Shown: positions 20,308 through 30,028 of the stretch, piece by piece
Layout: each line of letters begins with the position of its first letter
How positions within the stretch are numbered: position 1 is the first letter of the stretch
Assembly: GCA_963695375.1 (NCBI GenBank)
Contig: OY968767.1
Location: 2,131,283-2,195,282, forward strand
From: an uncultured Actinomycetota bacterium
Lineage (GTDB): Bacteria; Actinomycetota; Actinomycetes; Propionibacteriales; Nocardioidaceae
Reading direction: 5' to 3'
DNA: 64,000 nt
The notes under the pieces: model-generated
Database searches by the model: none
The model's input: only the letters and a program-made list of their open reading frames with translations
What the model was told of the DNA's origin: nothing
Program-made: the position numbers and the translations under genes

Positions 20308-21594
20308 ATGCCCCGTCCCACCACCGTCCGCCGGGTCGCCGTCGTCGGCGGCAACCGGATCCCGTTCGCCCGGTCCAACAAGCAGTACGCCCGCGCGAGC
20401 AACCAGGAGATGCTCACCGCGGCACTGGACGGGCTGGCGCGGCGGTACTCGCTGCGCGGCGAGCGGGTCGGGGAGGTGGTCGCCGGCGCCGTGCTGAAGC
20501 ACAGCCGGGACTTCAACCTGACCCGGGAGGCGGTGCTCGGCTCGGCGCTGGCGCCGAGCACGCCCGCCTACGACCTGCAGCAGGCCTGCGACACCGGCCT
20601 GCAGGCCACCCTCGCGGTGGCGGACAAGATCGCCCTCGGGCACATCGAGGTCGGCATCGCCGGCGGCGTGGACACCACGTCCGACGCGCCGATCGCGGTG
20701 AACGAGCGGCTGCGCCAGATCCTGCTCGAGGCGAACCGGGCCCGCTCGACCGGCGCCCGGGTCAAGGCGCTGCTCAAGGTCCGGCCCGGGCACCTCGCCC
20801 CGGCGACGCCGCAGAACGAGGAGCCGCGGACCGGGCTGTCGATGGGCGAGAGCGCGGCGCTGACCGCGGTGGAGTGGGAGATCGGGCGCCGCGAGCAGGA
20901 CGAGCTCGCGGTCGCCTCGCACCAGCGGCTGGCCGCCGCGTACGAGCGGGGCTTCTTCGACGACCTGCTCACGCCGTACCTCGGGCTGGAGCGGGACGGG
21001 AACCTGCGGCCGGACAGCACGGTGGAGGCGCTGGCGGCGCTGAAGCCGGTGTTCGGCCGGGGTGCGGCGGCCACGATGACCGCGGCCAACTCCACTCCGC
21101 TGACCGACGGCGCCTCGGCGGTCCTGCTCTGCTCGGAGCAGGAGGCCGAGCGGCGCGGGTGGGAGCCGCTGGCGTTCCTGGCCGAGCACGAGACCGCGGC
21201 GGTCGACTACGTGCACGGCGCCGAGGGCTTGCTGATGGCGCCCGCGTACGCGATGCCGCGGATGCTCGACCGGGCCGGGCTGGCGCTGCAGGACTTCGAC
21301 TTCTACGAGGTGCACGAGGCCTTCGCGTCCCAGGTGCTGGCGACCCTGAAGGCCTGGGAGGACCCGATCTTCTGCAAGGAGCGGCTGGGTCGCGACGCCC
21401 CGCTCGGCGCGGTGGACCGGGACCGGCTGAACGTGGTCGGCTCGTCGCTGGCCGCGGGGCACCCGTTCGCCGCGACCGGCGGGCGGATCGTGGCGACGCT
21501 GGCCAAGCTGCTCGCCGAGAAGGGCTCCGGGCGAGGCGTGATCTCGATCTGCGCCGCCGGTGGCCAGGGCGTCACCGCCATCCTTGAGCGCTGA
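20308..21594 (+). CDS. fadA2: Acetyl-CoA C-acyltransferase (thiolase, FadA2-like)
   Basis: ATG at 20308 after GGAGGTG. Thiolase motifs are present (VAVVGGNRIPFARS, QQACDTGLQA, NVVGSSLAAGHPFAATG, CAAGGQG). It is divergent from the fabG4/htdX pair. Confidence 0.9.
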   Translation: MPRPTTVRRVAVVGGNRIPFARSNKQYARASNQEMLTAALDGLARRYSLRGERVGEVVAGAVLKHSRDFNLTREAVLGSALAPSTPAYDLQQACDTGLQATLAVADKIALGHIEVGIAGGVDTTSDAPIAVNERLRQILLEANRARSTGARVKALLKVRPGHLAPATPQNEEPRTGLSMGESAALTAVEWEIGRREQDELAVASHQRLAAAYERGFFDDLLTPYLGLERDGNLRPDSTVEALAALKPVFGRGAAATMTAANSTPLTDGASAVLLCSEQEAERRGWEPLAFLAEHETAAVDYVHGAEGLLMAPAYAMPRMLDRAGLALQDFDFYEVHEAFASQVLATLKAWEDPIFCKERLGRDAPLGAVDRDRLNVVGSSLAAGHPFAATGGRIVATLAKLLAEKGSGRGVISICAAGGQGVTAILER

Positions 21595-21620
21595 TAGCCC
21601 GCGCACCTAGCCTGCCGGCC

Positions 21621-22031
21621 ATGACGGAGGAGACGGCACCGACGGCAGCACCGGTCGACCGGTGGTCGCGCAACGACTTCTGGGGCGTCGTTGTCGACGC
21701 ACCGGACGTCGCGGTCCTGGCCCGGTTCTACGCCGAGCTGCGCGGCTGGAAGATCCACATGATGGACGAGGAGGACGCCTCGCTCGACCCCGGCGAAGGC
21801 GTCGCGTACCTCAACATCCAGCGCAACGATGCCTACGTCCCACCGGCGTGGCCGACGCAGCCGGGCCAGCAGCAGATGATGCTGCACCTCGACTTCGAGG
21901 TGACCGACCTCGCGGCCGAGACGCAGCGGGCGTTGGAGCTCGGCGCCACCCTGCCCGACTTCCAGCCACAGGAGAACGTCCGGGTGCTGCTGGACCCCGC
22001 CGGGCACCCGTTCTGCCTCTATACCGGCTGA
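21621..22031 (+). CDS. VOC (glyoxalase/bleomycin-resistance/dioxygenase) family protein
   Basis: 136 aa with a glyoxalase-like pattern (FYAELRGW..., HLDFEVTDL..., LLDPAGHPFCL). TAGCCT lies 7 nt upstream of the ATG, so the gene may be leaderless. Confidence 0.7.
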   Translation: MTEETAPTAAPVDRWSRNDFWGVVVDAPDVAVLARFYAELRGWKIHMMDEEDASLDPGEGVAYLNIQRNDAYVPPAWPTQPGQQQMMLHLDFEVTDLAAETQRALELGATLPDFQPQENVRVLLDPAGHPFCLYTG

Positions 22032-22123
22032 GCCTGAGCCTGTTGGGCCAGAGTCATGAGCGTCGGAGCATGGGTACGGCTTGCTCACACGCTCGGTCTC
22101 GAGCGCTGGAGGAGACTGGGCCG

Positions 22124-22489
22124 GTGACGGGCTCGCAGCTCGAACAGGTTCGGCGTATCGCTCTCGCCCTGCCGGGGGTGAGCGAACGGGCCACCCACGG
22201 CGCGGTCGGCTTCTACGTCGCAGGACGACCACTCTGCTACGTCCACGATGACCACCGGGGTGATGGACGGGTCTCGGTGTGGTTCCCGTCGTCGGAGGCG
22301 GTGCAGGAGGAGCTGGTCACCGCCGAGCCCGACCGGTTCTTCCGGCCGGAATCCTCGGCGGCGGGGACGTTCTCGACGTGGCTGGCGGTGTTCGTGGACC
22401 TCCCCGAGCCCGAGGTCGACTGGTCCGAGATCGAAGAGATTCTCCGCGAGACCTATCGTCGGGTCGCGCCGCGCCGGGGCGGATGCTGA
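22124..22489 (+). CDS. MmcQ/YjbR-like family protein
   Basis: GTG at 22124 after GGAGGAG. The 121-aa product (LEQVRRIALALPGVSERATHGAVGFYVAGRPLCYV...) resembles the YjbR-like fold family. Confidence 0.6.
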   Translation: MTGSQLEQVRRIALALPGVSERATHGAVGFYVAGRPLCYVHDDHRGDGRVSVWFPSSEAVQEELVTAEPDRFFRPESSAAGTFSTWLAVFVDLPEPEVDWSEIEEILRETYRRVAPRRGGC

Positions 22490-22635
22490 CGTGAGAACTC
22501 ACGAGCGCGCGATGCCTGCGCGCCTGCGCGGCGACGGCTGACCCTGGGGGCTTCGGCGCTACCGGCCGGGTCCGTCGTCGAACCCTCAGGGGCAGGGTTT
22601 GCTTTCGCTTCGCGGATTGCGGCTGTGAACGGACC

Positions 22636-23031
22636 TCAGCTACGAGTGCTTGACCGTGTCCTCGACCGTTGCCCTTCCTCCGCCGACGCCGGATACGAAA
22701 CCCCGAGCGCAACACCGGTGATCAACGCCAGGACCAGGTTGTGAACCGTGTCCGGCGCCAGCAAGAAGTGCGCCAGCCAGAGAAGTGGGACCACCGTCAT
22801 GACGAGCCACGCCCAGCGGTGGCCGCGACGGAAGGCAGTAAACAAGACGACGAGAATGACCACGCTGAGCGCCAACCAGGTGATGCCCCAGCCGCGGATC
22901 AGGAGTTCTCCCTCGCCGGGGCGAAACTCGGGCTGATTGAGAACCGTGAATGGTGATATCACCATCGTCAGCGAGATCAGCAGGCTGAATACCTCGGTGA
23001 CCACGAGGACCACAAAACCGACCTTGCCCAT
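22636..23031 (-). CDS. Small 4-TM membrane protein, unknown function
   Basis: ATG at 23031 and four clear hydrophobic helices. The gene lies in a locally lower-GC stretch (about 52-65% per 60-nt line, counted by eye). Confidence 0.5.
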   Translation of the reverse strand: MGKVGFVVLVVTEVFSLLISLTMVISPFTVLNQPEFRPGEGELLIRGWGITWLALSVVILVVLFTAFRRGHRWAWLVMTVVPLLWLAHFLLAPDTVHNLVLALITGVALGVSYPASAEEGQRSRTRSSTRS

Positions 23032-23120
23032 GCCGCTGCCCCTCACTGTGTGGGTGTTGCCATGGTAGGCATTCGGCGGGCCGTAGGGACAGACCCAACA
23101 AATGAGCGGACGATCCTTGG

Positions 23121-24663
23121 CTACAGCAATGCCCGCACGGCGACGATGGTGTCGGCCTCGTCAGGCGGCTTGTCGTCGCGGTAGCGCAGCACGCGGGCGA
23201 ACCTCAGCGCGACGCCGCCGGGGTAGCGCGTCGAGCGCTGGACCCCGTCGAAGGCGATCTCGACCACCTGCTCGGGCCGGACGGTCACGACCCATCCGTC
23301 GTCGGAGACCTGCAGACCTCGAAAGCGCTCGGTCTGCCACGCCAGCATCGCATCGGTCATCCCCTTGAACGTCTTGCCCAGCATCACGAAGTCGTCGGCG
23401 TCGGGGTCCCGGGCGCCGAGGTGGAGGTTCGACAGCCAGCCCCTGCGGCGGCCATGCCCCCACTCCGCCGCCAGCACGACCAGGTCGAGGGTGTGCCGGG
23501 GCTTCACCTTGACCCAGGCGGCGCCGCGGCGACCGGCTTCGTAGGGGGCGTCCGGCGACTTCGAGCACGACGCCCTCGAAGCCGCGCTGGACGGTGTCGG
23601 CGAAGAAGTCCGCCACCGCTGCGTGGTCGGCGGTGCGCAGTCGCGGAACCACCAGCTCGGTCGGCGCCAGCCGGTCGAGTGCCTCCGCTCGGACGGTCAG
23701 CGGCTCGGTCATCAGGTCGCGGCCGTCCAGGTGCAGGACGTCGAACAGGTACGTCGACACCGGCGTGCTCGCGCGCAGCGCCGGGACGTCGGCTCGAGAC
23801 GCAGTGCGGGCCGCCGTGACCTGGAACGGATGCGGCCGGCCGTCCGGGCGCCCCGCCACCGCCTCGCCGTCGAGCACCGCGGTGTCGGCCGGCAGCCGGC
23901 GGACCGCCTCGACGACCTCGGGCAGCCGGTCGGTGATGTCGTCGAGCGTGCGGGTCACCACCAGCACGTCGTCCGCCTGCTTGTGCACCTGCACCCGGAT
24001 GCCGTCGATCTTGGCGTCCACGACCACGTCGCGGCCGTCCGGTGCGAGTCGGTCGAGGGCGGCCGTGACGTCGGCCGCGCTGGCGGCGAGCATCGGCCGC
24101 ACCGGCCTGCCGACGGTGAGTCGCACCGCGGCCAACCCGGCCGGCCCGTCGTCCACGGCGATCCGTGCGGCCGCGGTGGACGATCCGAGCAGCATCGCGG
24201 CCCGGCGCAGGTCGGCCAGCGGCACTCCGACCGCGCTGGCCAGGGCGTCCAGGACCAGGGCATCGAGGGCGCCCTGACGCAGCTCGCCCATCAGCAACCG
24301 GCGGAGCAGGTCCTGCTCGTCCACGGTCGCCCGGGACAGCAGCGCGTGCAGCCCGGCGCGACGGGCGGCCTGGCTCCCCGGACCGCTCAGCGCGCTGAGC
24401 TGTTCGAGCGCGGCGTCCACGTCGGTCAGCGACAGCTGTGGCTGATCGGCCGGCGCCGGCAGCTCCACCAGCGAGCGCCACCCGACCCCCGTCCGCCGCT
24501 GCGGCAGCTCGCCGGCGCAATAGGCCACCGCCAGCTCGACCTCCTCGGGCCGGCAGCGACGCAGCAGCTCGGCCAGCAGGCCCCGCTTCGCTCCCCGGGC
24601 CCGCGTCGCCCCGACCGCGCGGGAGGTGTCGACGAGCTCGGCCAGCAGCACGACCCCCATCAT
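23121..24663 (-). pseudogene. ligB: ATP-dependent DNA ligase (LigB-type) interrupted by a 1-nt frameshift near 23562
   Basis: The N-terminal ~370 aa are in one frame, including adenylation motif I (VVDAKIDGIRVQVH). After ...QRGFEGVVL the homologous sequence [52 protein letters not shown]...[12 protein letters not shown] continues in another frame. The total length of 1543 nt equals 3n+1. Confidence 0.8.
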
Positions 24664-24714
24664 CGCCGGTGCTGCCGACACCGCTTGGACGGATCACCGG
24701 ACGATACTGCGGCG

Positions 24715-25650
24715 GTGGCTCCCTCCACCCGACAGTGGCGTCCCGGCCGCCCGGTCCCGCTGGCGACCCTGCTCGGGCCGTTGCGCCGCGGAGGTGCCGA
24801 CCCGGCGATGCGCTGGGTCGACGGCCAGGTGTGGCGCACCGCGCGTACCCCGGACGGTCCGGCGACGATGCGCGTGCACACCGCCGACGGCGGACGCGCG
24901 GTGCAGGGCGCGGCCTGGGGGGCGGGCGCGGACTGGATGCTCGACGCGCTGCCCGGCATGCTGGGCGGCCGCGACGCCGGCGCGGACGACTTCGCCGCCG
25001 TCGCCGCCCGACATCCGTTCCTCCGGGAGGCGCTGCGCCGGCACCCGCACTGGCGGGTGCCCCGGTCCGGGCTGGTCTTCGAGGCGATGCTGGCGGCCGT
25101 GCTCGAGCAGAAGGTGACCGGCCAGGAGGCCCGGGCCGGCTGGCGGACGCTGTTGCTCCGCTTCGGCGACCCGGCGCCCGGGCCGGGTGAACAGCTCGGC
25201 CTCCGGGTCACGCCCGCACCGGAGACGGTGCGGATGATCCCCTCCTGGGAGTGGCTGCGGATGCCGGTCGACCCGGCCCGGTCCCGCGCCGCCGTCGTGA
25301 CCGCCCAGGTGGCGCCCGCGCTGGAACGGACGGCGGCGCTGGCGCACGCCGAGGCCGAGCGGGTGCTCCGCACCCTCCCGGGCATCGGGGAGTGGACCGC
25401 CGCGGAGGTGCGCCAGCGGGCACACGGCGACCCGGACGCGGTGAGCTTCGGCGACTACCACGTGCCGGCCAGCATCGGGATGACCCTGACCGGGGAGCCG
25501 GTCGACGACGCCCGGCTCGCCGAGCTGCTCGAGGAGTTCCGGCCGCACCGGTACCGGGTGCAGCGGATGGTCGAGCTGTGCGGCATCGGGAAGCCGCGCC
25601 GCGGACCGCGGATGGCCCCCCGGCGACACCTCCCGGGTCGCTACGGCTGA
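24715..25650 (+). CDS. DNA-3-methyladenine glycosylase II (AlkA-like, HhH-GPD) family protein
   Basis: HhH-GPD region (LRTLPGIGEWTAAEVRQRAHGDPDAVSFGDYHV). The GTG at 24715 was chosen because GATACT sits 6 nt upstream; TTG at 24685 is also possible. Confidence 0.7.
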   Translation: MAPSTRQWRPGRPVPLATLLGPLRRGGADPAMRWVDGQVWRTARTPDGPATMRVHTADGGRAVQGAAWGAGADWMLDALPGMLGGRDAGADDFAAVAARHPFLREALRRHPHWRVPRSGLVFEAMLAAVLEQKVTGQEARAGWRTLLLRFGDPAPGPGEQLGLRVTPAPETVRMIPSWEWLRMPVDPARSRAAVVTAQVAPALERTAALAHAEAERVLRTLPGIGEWTAAEVRQRAHGDPDAVSFGDYHVPASIGMTLTGEPVDDARLAELLEEFRPHRYRVQRMVELCGIGKPRRGPRMAPRRHLPGRYG

Positions 25651-25656
25651 GCGAGA

Positions 25657-26289
25657 TCACTGCCTCGGCCACGCCGGTCGGTCCATCCGGATCCACCCAC
25701 GCTGCGGCACGGTGTCCTGGCACCAGACCGGATAGCCGCCGCCGCTGCCGCACTGCGGCGACGTCGGCCGGTGGTAGGTGGCGGTCCAGAAGTACTGCCG
25801 CGCGCCCAGCCGCTTGCGGCCGGCGGTCACCACCACGGTTCGCCGGTCCGGCCGCATCATCGGCAGCCGGGCGATCACCCGGCGGGTCGCGTTCGAGATC
25901 AGCTCGGCCACCGGCTCGCCGTCGTGGGCGCTGATCCGCAGGTTGCGCTCGGCGCCGCGCTGCCCGTCGGTGTCCAGCTCGATCACCAGGCTGCGGCGGT
26001 GCGGGTGCAGGGCCGTGGCGTCGAAGGCCTTGAAGGTGCGGACCCGGAAGGCCACGGTGACGTGCTGGCCCCGGGTGTCGGATGTCACCCGGTGCCGCAC
26101 CCGAGCGATGTCGAGTCGTCCGGCGGTGTCGTCGGGATCGGTCACCTGGGTGGTGTAGGTGTGGCCGTCGCCGCGGAGCTCGCGGGCGGCCGCGCCGCCC
26201 GGCGCGAGGCCGACCAGGGTCAGCGGGAGGACAGTGGCGGTGGCGAGCGCCGCCAGGCGGGAGGTGTGGCGCGGCGAGAGGTGGGGCAC
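25657..26289 (-). CDS. Secreted hypothetical protein
   Basis: 210 aa with a signal peptide ([25 protein letters not shown]) and a balanced, beta-rich-looking composition. No family recognised. Confidence 0.5.
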   Translation of the reverse strand: MPHLSPRHTSRLAALATATVLPLTLVGLAPGGAAARELRGDGHTYTTQVTDPDDTAGRLDIARVRHRVTSDTRGQHVTVAFRVRTFKAFDATALHPHRRSLVIELDTDGQRGAERNLRISAHDGEPVAELISNATRRVIARLPMMRPDRRTVVVTAGRKRLGARQYFWTATYHRPTSPQCGSGGGYPVWCQDTVPQRGWIRMDRPAWPRQ

Positions 26290-26409
26290 GGAGACTCCGT
26301 CCTGCTGCAGCGGAGCACGGCACGGCTGTGCGATGCGCCCGGAACCTAGGCGGGTCGGTGAGCCGGCTGCGACCGCTGTGCACAGCCCGGCACGAGCAGC
26401 CGCCGCCGC

Positions 26410-26431
26410 TGTCGGCGGACGGCCGTACGCT
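26410..26431 (+). promoter_or_regulatory. RecA-NDp / PafBC-type DNA-damage promoter motif upstream of uvrB
   Basis: TGTCGGCG-N8-TACGCT versus the published motif tTGTCRgtg-N8-TAnnnT (one mismatch). The -10 element ends 7 nt before the uvrB ATG, implying a leaderless mRNA. Confidence 0.4.
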
Positions 26432-26438
26432 CGGGCCC

Positions 26439-28544
<2,106 letters not shown>

Positions 28545-28602
28545 CCGACCACCTGGGGGTCCGGGGCGCCGACACCGACCACGGACGGGTCGTGGCCATG
28601 GG

Positions 28603-28971
28603 GTGGGCGGCGGGAGCCGACCGGTGAGCCTGACGTCCGCCGACCTGCGCTCGTACGCGCTCAGTCGACCGGGTGCGTGGCAGGACGAGCCGTGGGAGGG
28701 CGACATCGTGGCCAAGGTCGCCGACAAGATCTTCGTCTTCCTCGGTGACACGGCTGTGGGCGTCAAGTGCGGCGCCAACCGGGACGAGGCCGACGAGTGG
28801 CTGCACCGGTTCCCCGACGACGCAACGGTGATGGCCTATATCGGTCGCTCCGGGTGGAACACGCTGCGCTTCGGGGGTGCGATCCCCGACGAGGAGGTGC
28901 TCGAGGCGGTCGACGAGTCGTACCGGGCGGTTGTCGCCAAGCTGCCCAAGCGCCGACGACCAGCCGGCTGA
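28603..28971 (+). CDS. MmcQ/YjbR family DNA-binding protein
   Basis: Archetypal YjbR pattern (RSYALSRPGAWQDEPWEGDIVAKVADKIFVFLG...GVKC...GWNTLRFGGAIPDEEVLEAVDESYRAVVAKLPK). The start could instead be GTG at 28624. Confidence 0.7.
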   Translation: MGGGSRPVSLTSADLRSYALSRPGAWQDEPWEGDIVAKVADKIFVFLGDTAVGVKCGANRDEADEWLHRFPDDATVMAYIGRSGWNTLRFGGAIPDEEVLEAVDESYRAVVAKLPKRRRPAG

Positions 28972-28986
28972 CAGGCAGGAGTAGCG

Positions 28987-29409
28987 ATGGCGACGCCGAT
29001 CCAGGTCACCTTCGACTGTGCCGACCCGGGTGCTCTGGCTGCGTTCTGGGCGCAGGCCCTCGGCTACGTCGTGCAGCCGCCGCCGGAGCCGTTCCCGAGC
29101 TGGGAGGACGCCTTGACCGCCTGGGGGGTCCCGCGCCACCTCTGGAACTCGCGCTCGGCCGTGATCGACCCCGACGGCGACGGGCCGCGGTTGTTCTTCC
29201 AGCAGGTCCCGGAGGGCAAGCAGGTGAAGAACCGGATGCACGTCGACCTCAAGGCCGGCGGATCCGGCGACGACCGACGGGGTCGCATCGATACCGAGGT
29301 CGAGCGGCTGCTCGGCCTCGGGGCGACCGTGTTGTACCCGCTGGAGGAGTGGGGGAGTTACTCCGTGACGATGCAGGACCCGGAGGGCAACGAGTTCTGC
29401 GTCGACTAG
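28987..29409 (+). CDS. VOC / glyoxalase-like domain protein
   Basis: 140 aa (VTFDCADPGALAAFWAQALGY..., RMHVDLK..., MQDPEGNEFCV). RBS AGGAG. Confidence 0.75.
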   Translation: MATPIQVTFDCADPGALAAFWAQALGYVVQPPPEPFPSWEDALTAWGVPRHLWNSRSAVIDPDGDGPRLFFQQVPEGKQVKNRMHVDLKAGGSGDDRRGRIDTEVERLLGLGATVLYPLEEWGSYSVTMQDPEGNEFCVD

Positions 29410-29565
29410 TCCCGCCTGCGGCATGGTCAGCTGTGCCCATGGGACCCCGGCCAGTCCGACCGGGCTAGTCCGATCGTGTCATTGCGCCTCATCGTCGGGC
29501 GGACGAGCGTGGCCGGCACCGGTCACCGCGACTGCGCGGTGCGACCAGCGCGGAAGGAGTCCGTC

Positions 29566-30027
29566 ATGCGCCGTCTGCTCCTCGCCCTCGGGCTGGCCGT
29601 CGTGCTTCTCACAGCCGGCCCCGCTGCGGCCGCGCCACCGGTCACCGAGACGAACCACGCGAAGAACCTGACCGAGACCTTTGTCGACGTCCTGCCCACC
29701 TGCGCCGAGGGCGGATCGTCGTATCGGGTCACGACCACGAGCAACCTGGTGGAGCACGTGACCAGCTTCGAGGACGGGCGGGTGCACGCCACGTTCACTC
29801 AAGCCGGCAAGTTCGTCGCGCGTCCGCTCGCGGCTGGTCAGCCCAGCTACACCGGCCGGTTCACCGTCTGGGGTGGCTTCAACGTCAACGGCAAGACCGT
29901 GAACGGCACGTTCACGTTCTCGATCAGCGGGGTCGGCTCGGACGGCTCGCGGCTGCGCCTCAACTCCGTCGAGCACTTCAACCAGCGCCCGGACGGCTCG
30001 GTGCATGAGTTCTTCCGCTGTCACTGA
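29566..30027 (+). CDS. Secreted hypothetical protein
   Basis: ATG at 29566 after GGAAGGAG and a signal peptide (MRRLLLALGLAVVLLTAGPAAAAP). 153 aa, no family recognised. Confidence 0.55.
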   Translation: MRRLLLALGLAVVLLTAGPAAAAPPVTETNHAKNLTETFVDVLPTCAEGGSSYRVTTTSNLVEHVTSFEDGRVHATFTQAGKFVARPLAAGQPSYTGRFTVWGGFNVNGKTVNGTFTFSISGVGSDGSRLRLNSVEHFNQRPDGSVHEFFRCH

Positions 30028-30028
30028 G

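Noticed and set aside
23161-23560. C-terminal ~130 residues of the 506-aa track ORF (the ligase read straight through)
   Set aside because: The Arg/Pro/Gly-rich tail has no ligase OB-fold motifs. The genuine C-terminal domain is in the neighbouring frame (23121-23561), so this is post-frameshift read-through.
26290-26438. Search for a LexA/Cheo SOS box (GAAC-N4-GTTC, TCGAAC-N4-GTTCGA) upstream of uvrB; the uvrA leader (38308-38377) was also checked
   Set aside because: No acceptable match was seen. Only the RecA-NDp-type motif is present.
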